From Candidatus Bathyarchaeota archaeon (GTDB lineage Archaea > Thermoproteota > Bathyarchaeia > TCS64): a stretch of DNA of 64,000 bases. Shown piece by piece: positions 41,340-51,152 of the stretch. Location of the stretch: contig CAVYVF010000022.1 in assembly GCA_963771885.1 (NCBI GenBank), forward strand, positions 224,001-288,000. The letters run 5' to 3'. The notes under the pieces were generated by a model, which saw only the letters and a program-made list of their open reading frames with translations, was not told the DNA's origin and did no database searches. Every line of letters begins with the position of its first letter. Position 1 is the stretch's first letter. Made by a program: the position numbers and the translations under genes.

Positions 41340-41386
41340 ATTTAGTGCGCACGTATTTTATCGCGGCCGTGAATAAGTAATCCAGG

Positions 41387-42526
41387 ATGCCCGTAGCCTC
41401 GCGCGAGTACCAGGTATTCGTCAAGCCAGGGGGAGCCAGCTGCAACCTCGGCTGCCAGTACTGCTACTACCTCGAGAAGGGGCGCCTCTACCCCGGGGAG
41501 GAGTCGTTTAAGATGTCGGACGACCTCCTCGAGTCCTACATCGCTCAGCACATCGAGGCATGCCCCTCGGAGACTGTCTTCTTCTCGTGGCATGGGGGGG
41601 AGCCCACGGTGCTCGGGCGGGGCTACTTTGAGAGGATAGTAGACCTGCAACGTAGGCATAACCCAGCTGGAAAGAGGATAATCAATGGCGTGCAGACGAA
41701 TGGCACGCTCCTCGACGAGGGCTGGTGCCGATTCCTCGCCGAGAACGGGTTCTACGTCGGGATAAGCCTGGATGGCCCCGAGGACATCCACGACGAGTAC
41801 AGGCGCACGAGGGACGGGGGGTCGACGCACCGCGACGTGGTCCGCGGTTACAGGCTTCTGCAGGGGCATGGCGTCCAGCCAGAGATTCTCTGCGTGGTCA
41901 ACGCGCGTAGCGCCCAGAACCCCCTCAGGGTGTACAGGTACTTCAAGCAGCTCGGCGCCCGAAACATCACGTTCCTGCCCCTAGTCGAGCCGGGGGTGAA
42001 GCCCTGCGTCAGCGAGAGGAGCGTGCCACCGGAAGCCTGGGGGCGTTTCCTCTGCGCGGTATTCGATGAGTGGGTCCGGGAGGACATAGGTGGGGTGAAG
42101 GTGCAGATATTCGAGGAGGCTCTGAGGACAGCCTTCGGGCAGGAGCACTCCCTCTGCATCTTCAGGTCCACCTGCGGCGACATACCCGTCCTCGAGCACA
42201 ACGGCGACTTCTACTCATGCGACCACTTCGTAGACGAGGATCACCTGCTCGGGAACCTGAGGGATAAGAGTCTGATCGACCTCGTCGAGGACCCCCGGCT
42301 GAGGGTTTTCGGGGAGGCTAAGCTCGGGGGTCTGCCGAGGCTCTGCAGGGAGTGCCCGGTCAGGGACATGTGCAACGGTGAATGTCCCAAGAACCGGCTG
42401 GGGACGACTCCAGTCGGGGAGCCTAGGCTGAACTACCTATGCGAAGGTTACAGGCGATTCTTCACACACTGCAGGCCCTTCGTGTCCGAGGTCGCCAGGG
42501 TGTGGAAGATGCAGAACAGGGGCTAG
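41387..42526 (+). CDS. Anaerobic sulfatase maturase-like radical SAM/SPASM enzyme
   Basis: CNLGCQYC, WHGGEPT, QTNG, YSCDHFV, CNGECPKNR. Confidence 0.92.
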   Translation: MPVASREYQVFVKPGGASCNLGCQYCYYLEKGRLYPGEESFKMSDDLLESYIAQHIEACPSETVFFSWHGGEPTVLGRGYFERIVDLQRRHNPAGKRIINGVQTNGTLLDEGWCRFLAENGFYVGISLDGPEDIHDEYRRTRDGGSTHRDVVRGYRLLQGHGVQPEILCVVNARSAQNPLRVYRYFKQLGARNITFLPLVEPGVKPCVSERSVPPEAWGRFLCAVFDEWVREDIGGVKVQIFEEALRTAFGQEHSLCIFRSTCGDIPVLEHNGDFYSCDHFVDEDHLLGNLRDKSLIDLVEDPRLRVFGEAKLGGLPRLCRECPVRDMCNGECPKNRLGTTPVGEPRLNYLCEGYRRFFTHCRPFVSEVARVWKMQNRG

Positions 42527-43233
42527 GTCTTCAGCTTCTCGTCGAAGAACTTGATGGTTCGGCTCCAGGCGAGCTTCGCCGCCTCATTGTTGAATATTGG
42601 CCTGGTGTCGTTGAAGAAGCCGTGTCTGGTTCCCGGGTAGACGTACTGCTTGTAGTCCACTCCGGCTTTCTTCAGCGCCTCCTCGTAGGCAGCCATGCCC
42701 GCGTTGATGCGCTCGTCCTCTCCGGCGTAGTGTATGAGGAGGGAGGCCTTGATCCTTGGCACATCCTCCGGCTTGGGTTGCATCCCGTAGAAGGGGACCG
42801 CCGCGTCTACGTCGGAGTTGGCGGCGACCTGGTTCGACATGCCGCCGCCCCAGCAGAATCCGGTGACTCCTACCTTGCCTGTTGACTGGGGGTTGGTCTG
42901 GAGGTACTTTACGGCTGCGGCGAAGTCCTTGACGGTCTTCTGGTAGTCGAGTTTCTGCATCATCGCCCTCGCCTCGTCGTCGCTGCCGGGTGATCCACCG
43001 AGCGGGGATAGGGCGTCGGGGGCGATGACGAGGTAGCCTTCCAGCGCGACGCGTCTCGCGACGTCCTCGATGTGCCTGTTTAGGCCGAATATCTCCTGGA
43101 CGACTATGACGCCGGGGTGCTTACCGGGTCCCTTTGGTCTGGCCTGATACGCCTTAACCTTCCCCGTTTCGCCGGGGTACTCGATTCGCTTCGCTTCGAG
43201 TCGGGGGTCAGTCTCGGATACTTTTGACAACAC
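42523..43233 (-). CDS. Dienelactone hydrolase family protein
   Basis: QEIFGL, GFCWGG, HGFFND. Confidence 0.92.
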   Translation of the reverse strand: MLSKVSETDPRLEAKRIEYPGETGKVKAYQARPKGPGKHPGVIVVQEIFGLNRHIEDVARRVALEGYLVIAPDALSPLGGSPGSDDEARAMMQKLDYQKTVKDFAAAVKYLQTNPQSTGKVGVTGFCWGGGMSNQVAANSDVDAAVPFYGMQPKPEDVPRIKASLLIHYAGEDERINAGMAAYEEALKKAGVDYKQYVYPGTRHGFFNDTRPIFNNEAAKLAWSRTIKFFDEKLKT

Positions 43234-43310
43234 TCATCCCTGAGATGAGTTGGCTGCAGTGTTAATAAAGATGAAATGTCGGCCACGGCTAGGTTTTTAG
43301 CGGGATGTGG

Positions 43311-45242
43311 TTACATCCGCTCGGGGGCCTCGATGCCGAGTGCGGCGCAGCCGTTCCTGAGGACAACGCGGACGGCGTCTACGAGTGCGAGGCGTGCCCC
43401 GACTAGTCCGGGGGTCTCAGCGTTTAGGACTCGTAGGGCGGAGTAGAAGCTGTTGTACTTGTCGGCGAGGCTGTTGAGGTAGGCGGTGATTGTGCCGGGT
43501 TTGAGTACGTCGGCAGCCTCGGCAAAGACCTCGGGCCAGTTGGCGACGGCGCTGACTATCTCTCGTTCCTTTGGATCCGTGAGCTGGCTGAAGTCGGGGG
43601 CTGGGCGTGTCTCCACTTTCTTCAGTATGTTGCAGCAGCGTGCGTGGCTGTACTGGATGAATGGGGCGCTGTTAGTCTCGAAGTTCAGGGCCTTTACCCA
43701 GTCGAAGATGACCTGCTTGTTGGCGTCGACGCTGAGGAGGGTGTACTTGATGGCGCCGAGGCCGACCATGCGTGCGATGTCGCGGCGCTGCGCCTCGGGG
43801 AGGTCTGGGGTGCGCTTTATGACCTCATCCATGGCGAGTTCGATGCTCCTGTCCATCACGTCGTTCAAGGCGACGTACCTGCCGAGGCGTCCGCTCATCT
43901 TGCCCTCGGGGAGTTTGACAAACTCGTAGCCGTAATGTATTTGGTTGTCGCCCATCTCTGGCTTGCCGATGGCGACGAGGGCGATCCGGAGCTGTAGCTG
44001 AGCGAGCGCCTGCTCCTGACCGATGACGTTGATGACCTTGTCCATGCCGGTGCCGAACTTGTAGATGCTATAAGCCATGTCGCGAAGGGTGTAGAGTGTG
44101 GTGCCGTCGCTCCTGACGAGGACGAGGCGGGGTATCTCGTGGTTAGGTGCTAATCCCCAGCGCTGCTTGAGGGCGTAGATGTTGGCGACGGAGTTGCAGT
44201 TGAGAACTAGGGCACCCTGGTCCTGCTCGACGAAGTCGGTGTGCCTGAGTGTATCTAATACCTCGTCGGCCTTCTTCTCCCAGACGAGGTTGCTCTCGTA
44301 GTCGAATGAGTCGTACTTGATGCCCATCTCGCCCATTGTCTGGATGAATCCGTCTATGCATATCTTGACGAGGCGGCGGACCGCCTTGACGGTCTCGGGT
44401 TCGTTGTTCTCGTAGGCGGTGTTTAGCTTGGCGATCTCTACGGCTGGATTGGAGTAGGCAGCGATCTTCTCCCTGAGGGCGAGGTATGTCTTGGGACTCG
44501 TCTTCTCGAGGTCGGCGGCAGCGGTCTCGAACTTCTCCTGCTCCTCCTGTAGCTCGGCAATCATGGGGACGTCGCCCTTCTCCTCGGCGACCTTTGTCTC
44601 CCTGGCGACGCGGAGTAGCTCCATGCTTACGTTTGTGGAGGCGTAGATGGCGCCGATGAATAGCTCGCCGCGGATGTCGGGCTCGGGCTTGCCGAGGAGC
44701 GTCCAGCCCCACGTGGCTAGGGCGACTTGGCGTCCCATGTCGTTGACTAGGAAGTCGACGCGCATGGAGTTGCCGCGTAGGCGTAGCATGTTGGCTAGGC
44801 AGGCGCCTGTGATGGCGTTGCGGGCGTGGCCGATGGTGATGGGGTGGATGGGGTTGGCGGATGTGTGCTCTACCATGACCCTCTTGGGCTCCGTCGCTTT
44901 GAGGTAGCCGTACTCGGGGTCACTCGCCGCCGTCTCGAAGACGAGCCGGTAATAGTTAGCCTCGTCGGCGTGGAAGTTGACGTAGCCGTTTACTGCCTCG
45001 GCGGAGGCGACTAAGGTGCTCTTCTTGACATGTTTAGCGATGTTTGTGGCTATATCGGCGGGCTTCTGCCTCAGAGCCTTCGCGAGCTGGAATGATGCTG
45101 CCGATGCTAACTCCCCCATCTTTGGGTCGGGGGGCTGGCTCCATTTGGACTCGGGGAGTGTTGTGCCGGGGTATGCCGCCTCTGTTGCTACGGCTAGTTG
45201 GCGATGGCACTCCTCTCTCAGCTTCGCGAGGGGGTTTGACAT
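43311..45242 (-). CDS. argS: Arginyl-tRNA synthetase
   Basis: EHTSANP..P.TIGH.RN, RSDGTTLY, KMSGR, PERM C-terminus. Confidence 0.95.
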   Translation of the reverse strand: MSNPLAKLREECHRQLAVATEAAYPGTTLPESKWSQPPDPKMGELASAASFQLAKALRQKPADIATNIAKHVKKSTLVASAEAVNGYVNFHADEANYYRLVFETAASDPEYGYLKATEPKRVMVEHTSANPIHPITIGHARNAITGACLANMLRLRGNSMRVDFLVNDMGRQVALATWGWTLLGKPEPDIRGELFIGAIYASTNVSMELLRVARETKVAEEKGDVPMIAELQEEQEKFETAAADLEKTSPKTYLALREKIAAYSNPAVEIAKLNTAYENNEPETVKAVRRLVKICIDGFIQTMGEMGIKYDSFDYESNLVWEKKADEVLDTLRHTDFVEQDQGALVLNCNSVANIYALKQRWGLAPNHEIPRLVLVRSDGTTLYTLRDMAYSIYKFGTGMDKVINVIGQEQALAQLQLRIALVAIGKPEMGDNQIHYGYEFVKLPEGKMSGRLGRYVALNDVMDRSIELAMDEVIKRTPDLPEAQRRDIARMVGLGAIKYTLLSVDANKQVIFDWVKALNFETNSAPFIQYSHARCCNILKKVETRPAPDFSQLTDPKEREIVSAVANWPEVFAEAADVLKPGTITAYLNSLADKYNSFYSALRVLNAETPGLVGARLALVDAVRVVLRNGCAALGIEAPERM

Positions 45243-45308
45243 GTTTAAGCCCATTATGGCGGGGGGTCAGGGCGTTAAAATGAGTATCGCTCTAGGCTAC
45301 TTCTTCAC

Positions 45309-45938
45309 CTAGCGGGGGACCATCGAGATCGCGCCGGTGGAGCATGTGGAGACGCAGACGCCGCAGCCCATACACTTCGACGCATCATAAACCAGCGCGC
45401 CCTCGACGAGCTTCCTCGCTTTGAATATGCAGCGGTCAACACAAATGTCACATGCAATGCACTTGTCGTGATCGTCTTCGGCGATCTGTTTGGAGGTCAG
45501 TATGAGGTCAAATGTACCCTTCTCGATCATAGGGCCGAGTGTGGTACAGCAACAGCCGCAGCAGCTGCAAAGGATCTTGGGCCTGTCGGCACCCTTGGCA
45601 ACGTACGCAATGTGGACGAGTCCGGCCTCATGACTGCGCTTGAGTATGGCTAGTGCCTCGTCTAGTGTGACCTCACGGTTGTTTCCACCGTGGCTGATCG
45701 ATGTGTCTGCCTGCTCGTCGAGGCTGAGGCAGACGTCGATGGGGGCGTCGCAGTTGTGGTGCTCGGACCTGCAGGGGCAGTCGCCCACGGTTATTCTCCT
45801 CGCCTTCTTCAGTATTGCCTTAGCTTCGGAGAGGTCAAAGACGGTGTGGTCGGCCTCGATCCTGATGTTGACGGGGAGGGTGATGCCGTGGTCGAGCTCG
45901 TCGTTGGCCTGTTGTTCCTCGTGGGAGTCGGGCGCCAT
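45309..45938 (-). CDS. Cys-rich 2x[4Fe-4S] ferredoxin-domain protein
   Basis: CPCR, CSCCGCCC, CIACDICVDRC, CMGCGVCVSTC. Confidence 0.88.
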   Translation of the reverse strand: MAPDSHEEQQANDELDHGITLPVNIRIEADHTVFDLSEAKAILKKARRITVGDCPCRSEHHNCDAPIDVCLSLDEQADTSISHGGNNREVTLDEALAILKRSHEAGLVHIAYVAKGADRPKILCSCCGCCCTTLGPMIEKGTFDLILTSKQIAEDDHDKCIACDICVDRCIFKARKLVEGALVYDASKCMGCGVCVSTCSTGAISMVPR

Positions 45939-46013
45939 GTTCGTCCCCGGCGTTTCTCGGGATTTATGCCTTAGCGGGGCAAGTCTCTTATGGGGTATCG
46001 GTGAGGGCATATC

Positions 46014-46478
46014 ATGCTCTACTTCGCCTATGGCTCGAACCTCTCAACGAAGTACGTGAGGCAGTACACGCCGAGCGCCGTCTTCGTCAGGCGCGCCCTC
46101 CTATCGAACTTCCACATAGAGTTCCGTCGCTACTCGGACAACCTGAAGGGTGGGATAAGCACGATAATCGAGGCGCCGGGGGAGATGGTTCACGGCGTCA
46201 TTTACGAGGTCGACCCGAAGGAGATCGCCGCACTGGACATACTGGAGAAGGTGCCGCTGGGCGTCTACAAGAGGGAAGGCTTCAAGGTCCTCGGCGAGGA
46301 TGGGGTATGGTACACGGCGGACCTTTACCGTGTCGTCAAGCCGGAGGGGCCGTACACGCCGGCGAAAAAGTATGTCTCATGGATGGTCGAAGGCATGAGG
46401 GAGCACGGCATCGACCCCACCTACGCGAAGAGGTTCATAGACATCTACCCGACGCTGCCCGAGTCCTCAGAGAAGTAG
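46014..46478 (+). CDS. Gamma-glutamylcyclotransferase family protein (paralog of 19116-19565)
   Basis: YFAYGSNL, GGIS, VLGEDG, GPY.PA. Confidence 0.88.
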   Translation: MLYFAYGSNLSTKYVRQYTPSAVFVRRALLSNFHIEFRRYSDNLKGGISTIIEAPGEMVHGVIYEVDPKEIAALDILEKVPLGVYKREGFKVLGEDGVWYTADLYRVVKPEGPYTPAKKYVSWMVEGMREHGIDPTYAKRFIDIYPTLPESSEK

Positions 46479-46554
46479 TGGCGAGCCCGGTGGGATTCGA
46501 ACCCACGCTCTCCGGCTTCGGAGGCCGACGCCTTATCCGCTGGGCTACGGGCTC
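46479..46554 (-). tRNA. tRNA-Arg(CCG), intronless, encoded CCA
   Basis: GAGCCCG/CGGGCTC acceptor; TCGGC-CTCCGAA-GCCGG; GTGGG-TTCGAAT-CCCAC. Confidence 0.95.
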
Positions 46555-46984
46555 AACCACCTAGCCAACGAAGATTAAGGTTAAAATCGTTTCCACATTG
46601 GACATAAATTGGACTTTAAAAAAATGGGAGAGTATGATTGGAAAGATTTCCTAAAAATTCGTATCACTTATGAAATTCGTTCGGGTGTATATTGGAAATA
46701 ATATACTTGAAATTAGAAATTTTCCCAGCTCCGTACAAGAGTTATTCAAAATCGTATCTGTTCTCTCCGACAATATTAGCTAACGAATTAGTGTTCATGC
46801 CTTAGTTAAACTGATTCAATATTCTCTCTCTTATTAGTTGGAATATCCATCTCTCCGACGTCTTCATCGATGCAAATCGCCACTATCTCATCCAGACTAC
46901 CTGAGGAGAGGCCGCCGTGCGCGACAGAAAACACTTGCCCTGAGGCATAAGGAGATAAAAAGGCGATACGCCTATCCATCACCC

Positions 46985-48127
46985 ATGTCGCTTCGGCGTG
47001 TCATCGTCTGTACAGGCCCCCCCGGCAACGGCCGCGACGAGATGCTCACAAAGATGAAGGAGAAGGCAAGCTTCCACTACTATCATCTATTCCAATACAT
47101 AGTCGACGAGGCAAAGGCCGACGGCACGAACCTCAGCAAGCTCAACATACTGGACTTCTACGACAGCCAGCCTGAGAAGATGGACGCCCTACGCGAGGCC
47201 GCCGTCGCCCGCATTGAAGCCGAGATCAAGGAGCACCCCGGAGTCCACATAATCAGCACCCCCCACCACTTCGAGTGGAAGGGCAACCGCTTCAAAGGAC
47301 TCGACCGCGGCGACGTCGAACGCCTCGACCCCAATCTCTTCATCGTTGTATTCGACGACATCATACGCGTCCGCGAGCGCCTCGCCGCCGACCCGCAGTG
47401 GAGCGACCACCGCTACACACTCGGAGAGATAGCAAACTGGCGCCGCGAGGAGATGGCCGATGTCTACGAGCAGGCACGCGGCTTCACCCCCCGTAAGGAG
47501 GTCCAGATAGTCGCCTATGAGAATGGCCCAGACTTCCTCCGCGACCTCATCTTCAACAGCCGCAAGGAGAAGTTCTACCTCAGCCACCCCATCACGGGCG
47601 AGGAGGAGGACAGCTTCAAGCGCTTCACAAAGTTCGCCACTTCCCTCAAGGACTACTACATTGTCTACGACCCAATCATGATCAAGGACTGGGAGATAGT
47701 CGAGTGCTGGCGCGACGCCCTCAACGCGGCTATCGACCTCGGCGAGCCACGCCCCGCACGTATCCCCGTCAAGATACAGTACCGCGACGGCCCCAAAGAG
47801 GTCATACTCGACACACAGGAGGTCGAAGCCGCCGTCAAGAACCTCCGCTTCCAGATAATAGACAGCGACTACAAGATAATAGAGAACAGCCAGCTCGTCG
47901 TCGTCTACCACCCACGCCAAAGCATAAGCGCAGGCGTCATGTGTGAGATGGTCTACGCCAAGAGCCTCGCCAAGCTCGTCTACGTCTACTACCCCTACGA
48001 GCCCAGTCCATTCTTCGAGTGGTATAGCACACGCATCTTCAAGGACGAGGGCGAGCTACGCGACTTCCTGATCAAAGAATCGAAGCTCACGGGGCAGACG
48101 CCCCTCGACCTCTACTCCAAGCCCTAG
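46985..48127 (+). CDS. AdkA-like P-loop kinase domain fused to a nucleoside 2-deoxyribosyltransferase-like domain
   Basis: TGPPGNGR P-loop, LDPNLFIVVFDD; C-terminal FYLSHPIT, DYKII, SAGVMCEMVYA. Confidence 0.65.
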   Translation: MSLRRVIVCTGPPGNGRDEMLTKMKEKASFHYYHLFQYIVDEAKADGTNLSKLNILDFYDSQPEKMDALREAAVARIEAEIKEHPGVHIISTPHHFEWKGNRFKGLDRGDVERLDPNLFIVVFDDIIRVRERLAADPQWSDHRYTLGEIANWRREEMADVYEQARGFTPRKEVQIVAYENGPDFLRDLIFNSRKEKFYLSHPITGEEEDSFKRFTKFATSLKDYYIVYDPIMIKDWEIVECWRDALNAAIDLGEPRPARIPVKIQYRDGPKEVILDTQEVEAAVKNLRFQIIDSDYKIIENSQLVVVYHPRQSISAGVMCEMVYAKSLAKLVYVYYPYEPSPFFEWYSTRIFKDEGELRDFLIKESKLTGQTPLDLYSKP

Positions 48128-48165
48128 CTTCTAATACCCCCGTGATCGACTGATAATAGATTAAA

Positions 48166-50262
48166 ATGGCGGTCAGGAGGGTCAAGAAACGAGACGGTGG
48201 GGTAGTCGACTTCGACCAATCCAAGATCACTAACGCCATCTACAAAGCCCTCATGGCCGTCGAGGGCAAAGGCGACGCCGCCCAAGCCATCAGCGACAAG
48301 GCCGTCGAGAAGCTCCACGCCAGATATGCCGACAAGATTCCAGGCGTCGAGAACATACAGGACATAGTCGTCGAAACGCTCCACGAGTCCGGCTACGAGC
48401 GTGTTGCCGACGACTACCAAGCGTACCGCACCCGTAAGGCTGAGCTGCGCGCCCTACGAGGCGAACTGGGCATCCTCGACGAGCCAAAGCTCAGTGTTAA
48501 TGCCATCGAGGTCCTTGAGAAGCGCTACCTGCTCAAGGACGATAAGGGCACCCTCGCTGAGACCCCTACTGGGATGTTCCTGCGCGTCGCCAAGGGTGTC
48601 GCGGAGGCAGAGAAGCTCTACGGCGAGGACCCAGACGTCGCCGCACGGGAGTTCTACGGCGCTATGAGTCGCCTCGAGTTTCTCCCCAACAGCCCCACAC
48701 TCTTCAACGCTGGAACAAAGACCAACTTCGCCCTCAGCGCCTGCTACGTCCTCCCCGTCGAAGACAGCCTCGACGGCATCTTCACCACCCTCAAGAACAT
48801 GGCACTCATCGAGCAGACCGGCGGCGGAGTCGGCTTCGACTTCAGCAGGCTCCGCCCCGCCGGCGACATCGTCAGGACCACAATGGGCGTCGCCTCCGGC
48901 CCCGTTAGCTTCATGAAGATATTCGACGCCGCCACCGAGGTCATAAAGGCAGGGGGCAGGCGCCGCGGCGCCATGATGGCGATCCTTCGCGTCGACCACC
49001 CCGACGTAACCGAGTTCATATCCGCCAAAGCCCGCCCCGGCGTGCTCACGAACTTCAACATAAGCGTCACAGCCACGGACGCCTTCATGAAGGCCGTCGA
49101 GGAGGGAAGCGACTACGACCTCGTCAACCCGCGCACTAAGCAGCCGGTGAGGAGGATAAGCGCCCGTTACATCTGGGACCGCTTAGTTGACAACGCGTGG
49201 CGCAGCGGCGACCCCGGCATAGTCTTCATAGACGAGGTCAACCGCCACAACCCCACCCCACAAATCGGGAGGATGGAGTCGACCAACCCCTGCGGCGAGC
49301 AGCCACTCCTCCCCTATGAGAGCTGCAACCTCGGAAGCATAAACCTCGCCAAGATGGTTGCGGGCGACGCCGTCGACTGGGAGAAGCTCCGCCGAACCAT
49401 CCACACGGGCATACGCTTCCTCGACAACGTCATAGACATCAACCCCTACCCCATCAAGGAGACTAGTGAGATCACCCACGCCAACAGGAAGATAGGCCTC
49501 GGCGTCATGGGCTTCGCCGACCTCCTCATCCTTCTCGGTGTCCCATACGACTCCGACCGCGCCGTGGAGATCGCTGAGGAGATTGCCCGCTTCATAAACG
49601 AGGAATCGGGCAAAGCCTCCGAGCAGCTCGCTCTAAAGAGGGGGAACTTTGCGAACTTCAATGGGAGCATCTGGGAGGGTAAATTCAAGGCACGCCGCAA
49701 TGCCACCGTCACGACGGTCGCCCCCACGGGCACCATAAGCATTATCGCTGGCTGCTCCTCCGGCATAGAACCCCTATTCGCAGTCGCCTTCATGCGCCAC
49801 GTCCTCGAGGGCGCACGCCTATTTGAACTGCACCCAATCTTCGAGCGGATGGCAAAGGAACGCGGCTTCTACGGCGGAGAGACGCTTGAGAGGATAGTCG
49901 CACACGGTACCATCAAAGACGTCGAGGGCGTCCCTGAGGACGCGCGACGCCTCTTCGTCACCGCCCACGACATAATCCCCGAGTGGCACATCAGGATGCA
50001 GGCCGCCTTCCAGCGCCACTGCGAGAATGCTGTCTCAAAGACCGTCAACCTACCTGAGGACGCCAGCATAGGCGACGTAGACAAGGTCTATCGCCTCGCA
50101 TACCAGCTCAAGTGCAAGGGCGTAACCATCTACCGCTACGGCAGCAAGGGGGCGCAGGTGCTCAACCTCGGCGTCGAATCCCGCGGCGAGCCGAAGGTCG
50201 CTACGGCGGAGGCCGAGTACGCCGGAGGACGCCCTATAGAGGGCTGCGAGGTCTGCGGGTGA
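48166..50262 (+). CDS. nrdJ: Class II (B12-dependent) ribonucleotide reductase with ATP cone
   Basis: VKKRDG, FLPNSPTL, SAC, TNPCGEQPL, CNLGS, APTGTIS. Confidence 0.95.
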   Translation: MAVRRVKKRDGGVVDFDQSKITNAIYKALMAVEGKGDAAQAISDKAVEKLHARYADKIPGVENIQDIVVETLHESGYERVADDYQAYRTRKAELRALRGELGILDEPKLSVNAIEVLEKRYLLKDDKGTLAETPTGMFLRVAKGVAEAEKLYGEDPDVAAREFYGAMSRLEFLPNSPTLFNAGTKTNFALSACYVLPVEDSLDGIFTTLKNMALIEQTGGGVGFDFSRLRPAGDIVRTTMGVASGPVSFMKIFDAATEVIKAGGRRRGAMMAILRVDHPDVTEFISAKARPGVLTNFNISVTATDAFMKAVEEGSDYDLVNPRTKQPVRRISARYIWDRLVDNAWRSGDPGIVFIDEVNRHNPTPQIGRMESTNPCGEQPLLPYESCNLGSINLAKMVAGDAVDWEKLRRTIHTGIRFLDNVIDINPYPIKETSEITHANRKIGLGVMGFADLLILLGVPYDSDRAVEIAEEIARFINEESGKASEQLALKRGNFANFNGSIWEGKFKARRNATVTTVAPTGTISIIAGCSSGIEPLFAVAFMRHVLEGARLFELHPIFERMAKERGFYGGETLERIVAHGTIKDVEGVPEDARRLFVTAHDIIPEWHIRMQAAFQRHCENAVSKTVNLPEDASIGDVDKVYRLAYQLKCKGVTIYRYGSKGAQVLNLGVESRGEPKVATAEAEYAGGRPIEGCEVCG

Positions 50263-50267
50263 CAGCC

Positions 50268-50831
50268 ATGGGCCACATCTACCTCTACTACGGCACAGGC
50301 GGAGGCAAAACGACTGCGGCGCTAGGCATCGCCCTCCGAAGTGTAGCCCACGGCCACCACGTCACAGTCATCCAATTTCTCAAACATTGGAAGGAGACCG
50401 GGGAATACAAGGCCGCGAAGACCCTCGGCCCGCTCTACGATATCCGGCAGTTCGGCAGGCAGGGTTGGATAAAGGCCGCAAAGGCCAAGGACGAGGTGAG
50501 CGTCGGGGGATTCAAGGCAACCCTGCGGAGACCATCCGAGGAGGACAAGTTGGCCGCCGCCGAGGCGCTCAGGTACGCGGAGAGGGTCATCAAGGGCGAC
50601 CACCCGCCGGAGCTCCTAATTCTAGACGAGGTCTGCCTCGCCGCACATATAGGCATCATCGATGCCGCCGACGTCCTCGCCTTACTCGACAAGCTGCCAA
50701 AGGAGACGGACGCGATACTGACAGGGCGATACACGCCCCAGAAACTCATAGACAGAGCCGACTTCGTAAACGAGATCAGAGAGGTCAAGGCTCCGAAGAC
50801 CTTCGTCTCACGCGAGGGTATACAGTTCTAG
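50268..50831 (+). CDS. cobO: Cob(I)alamin adenosyltransferase (CobA/BtuR type)
   Basis: YYGTGGGKTTAALG, QFLK, LILDE, LTGR. Confidence 0.92.
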   Translation: MGHIYLYYGTGGGKTTAALGIALRSVAHGHHVTVIQFLKHWKETGEYKAAKTLGPLYDIRQFGRQGWIKAAKAKDEVSVGGFKATLRRPSEEDKLAAAEALRYAERVIKGDHPPELLILDEVCLAAHIGIIDAADVLALLDKLPKETDAILTGRYTPQKLIDRADFVNEIREVKAPKTFVSREGIQF

Positions 50832-51115
50832 GTTATGCCGCCCTTTCCTATCCAGCCAATAACGTCCTCTATCTCCTTCAGCTTCTCAGCGACGAACCTG
50901 CCCTGCGGCGATAGAAATACCTCGTCCTCGTATGGCGCGCTGCGTCTGTCGTAGGCTTCGAGGAGGTCCGTCTCCCTCAGGGCGTCGATGGCGTGGACGA
51001 GGCTGCCGTGCTGCGTGCCCATCTCCTCCGCGAGCTCGGGGAGGGTCATCCTCCTGCCCTTCCCGAGCAAAATGAGCATCGCCTTCATAGAGAAAGTGTG
51101 GCTTAGTGACTCCAT
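50828..51115 (-). CDS. Small wHTH protein
   Basis: MTLPELAEEM...LSPQGRFVAEKL. Confidence 0.7.
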   Translation of the reverse strand: MESLSHTFSMKAMLILLGKGRRMTLPELAEEMGTQHGSLVHAIDALRETDLLEAYDRRSAPYEDEVFLSPQGRFVAEKLKEIEDVIGWIGKGGIT

Positions 51116-51152
51116 GGATGATCCCCGAAGAGCGGGGGAAATAAACCGAACC

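Noticed and set aside
43311..46554. argS close to tRNA-Arg(CCG) as a functional unit
   Set aside because: Separated by two unrelated genes, one on the opposite strand
46624..46701. 25-codon ORF MGEYDWKDF... in the AT-rich island
   Set aside because: Too short, atypical codon usage, no recognisable motif
48166..50262. Intein in nrdJ
   Set aside because: Normal length and contiguous motifs; no splice-junction signature seen
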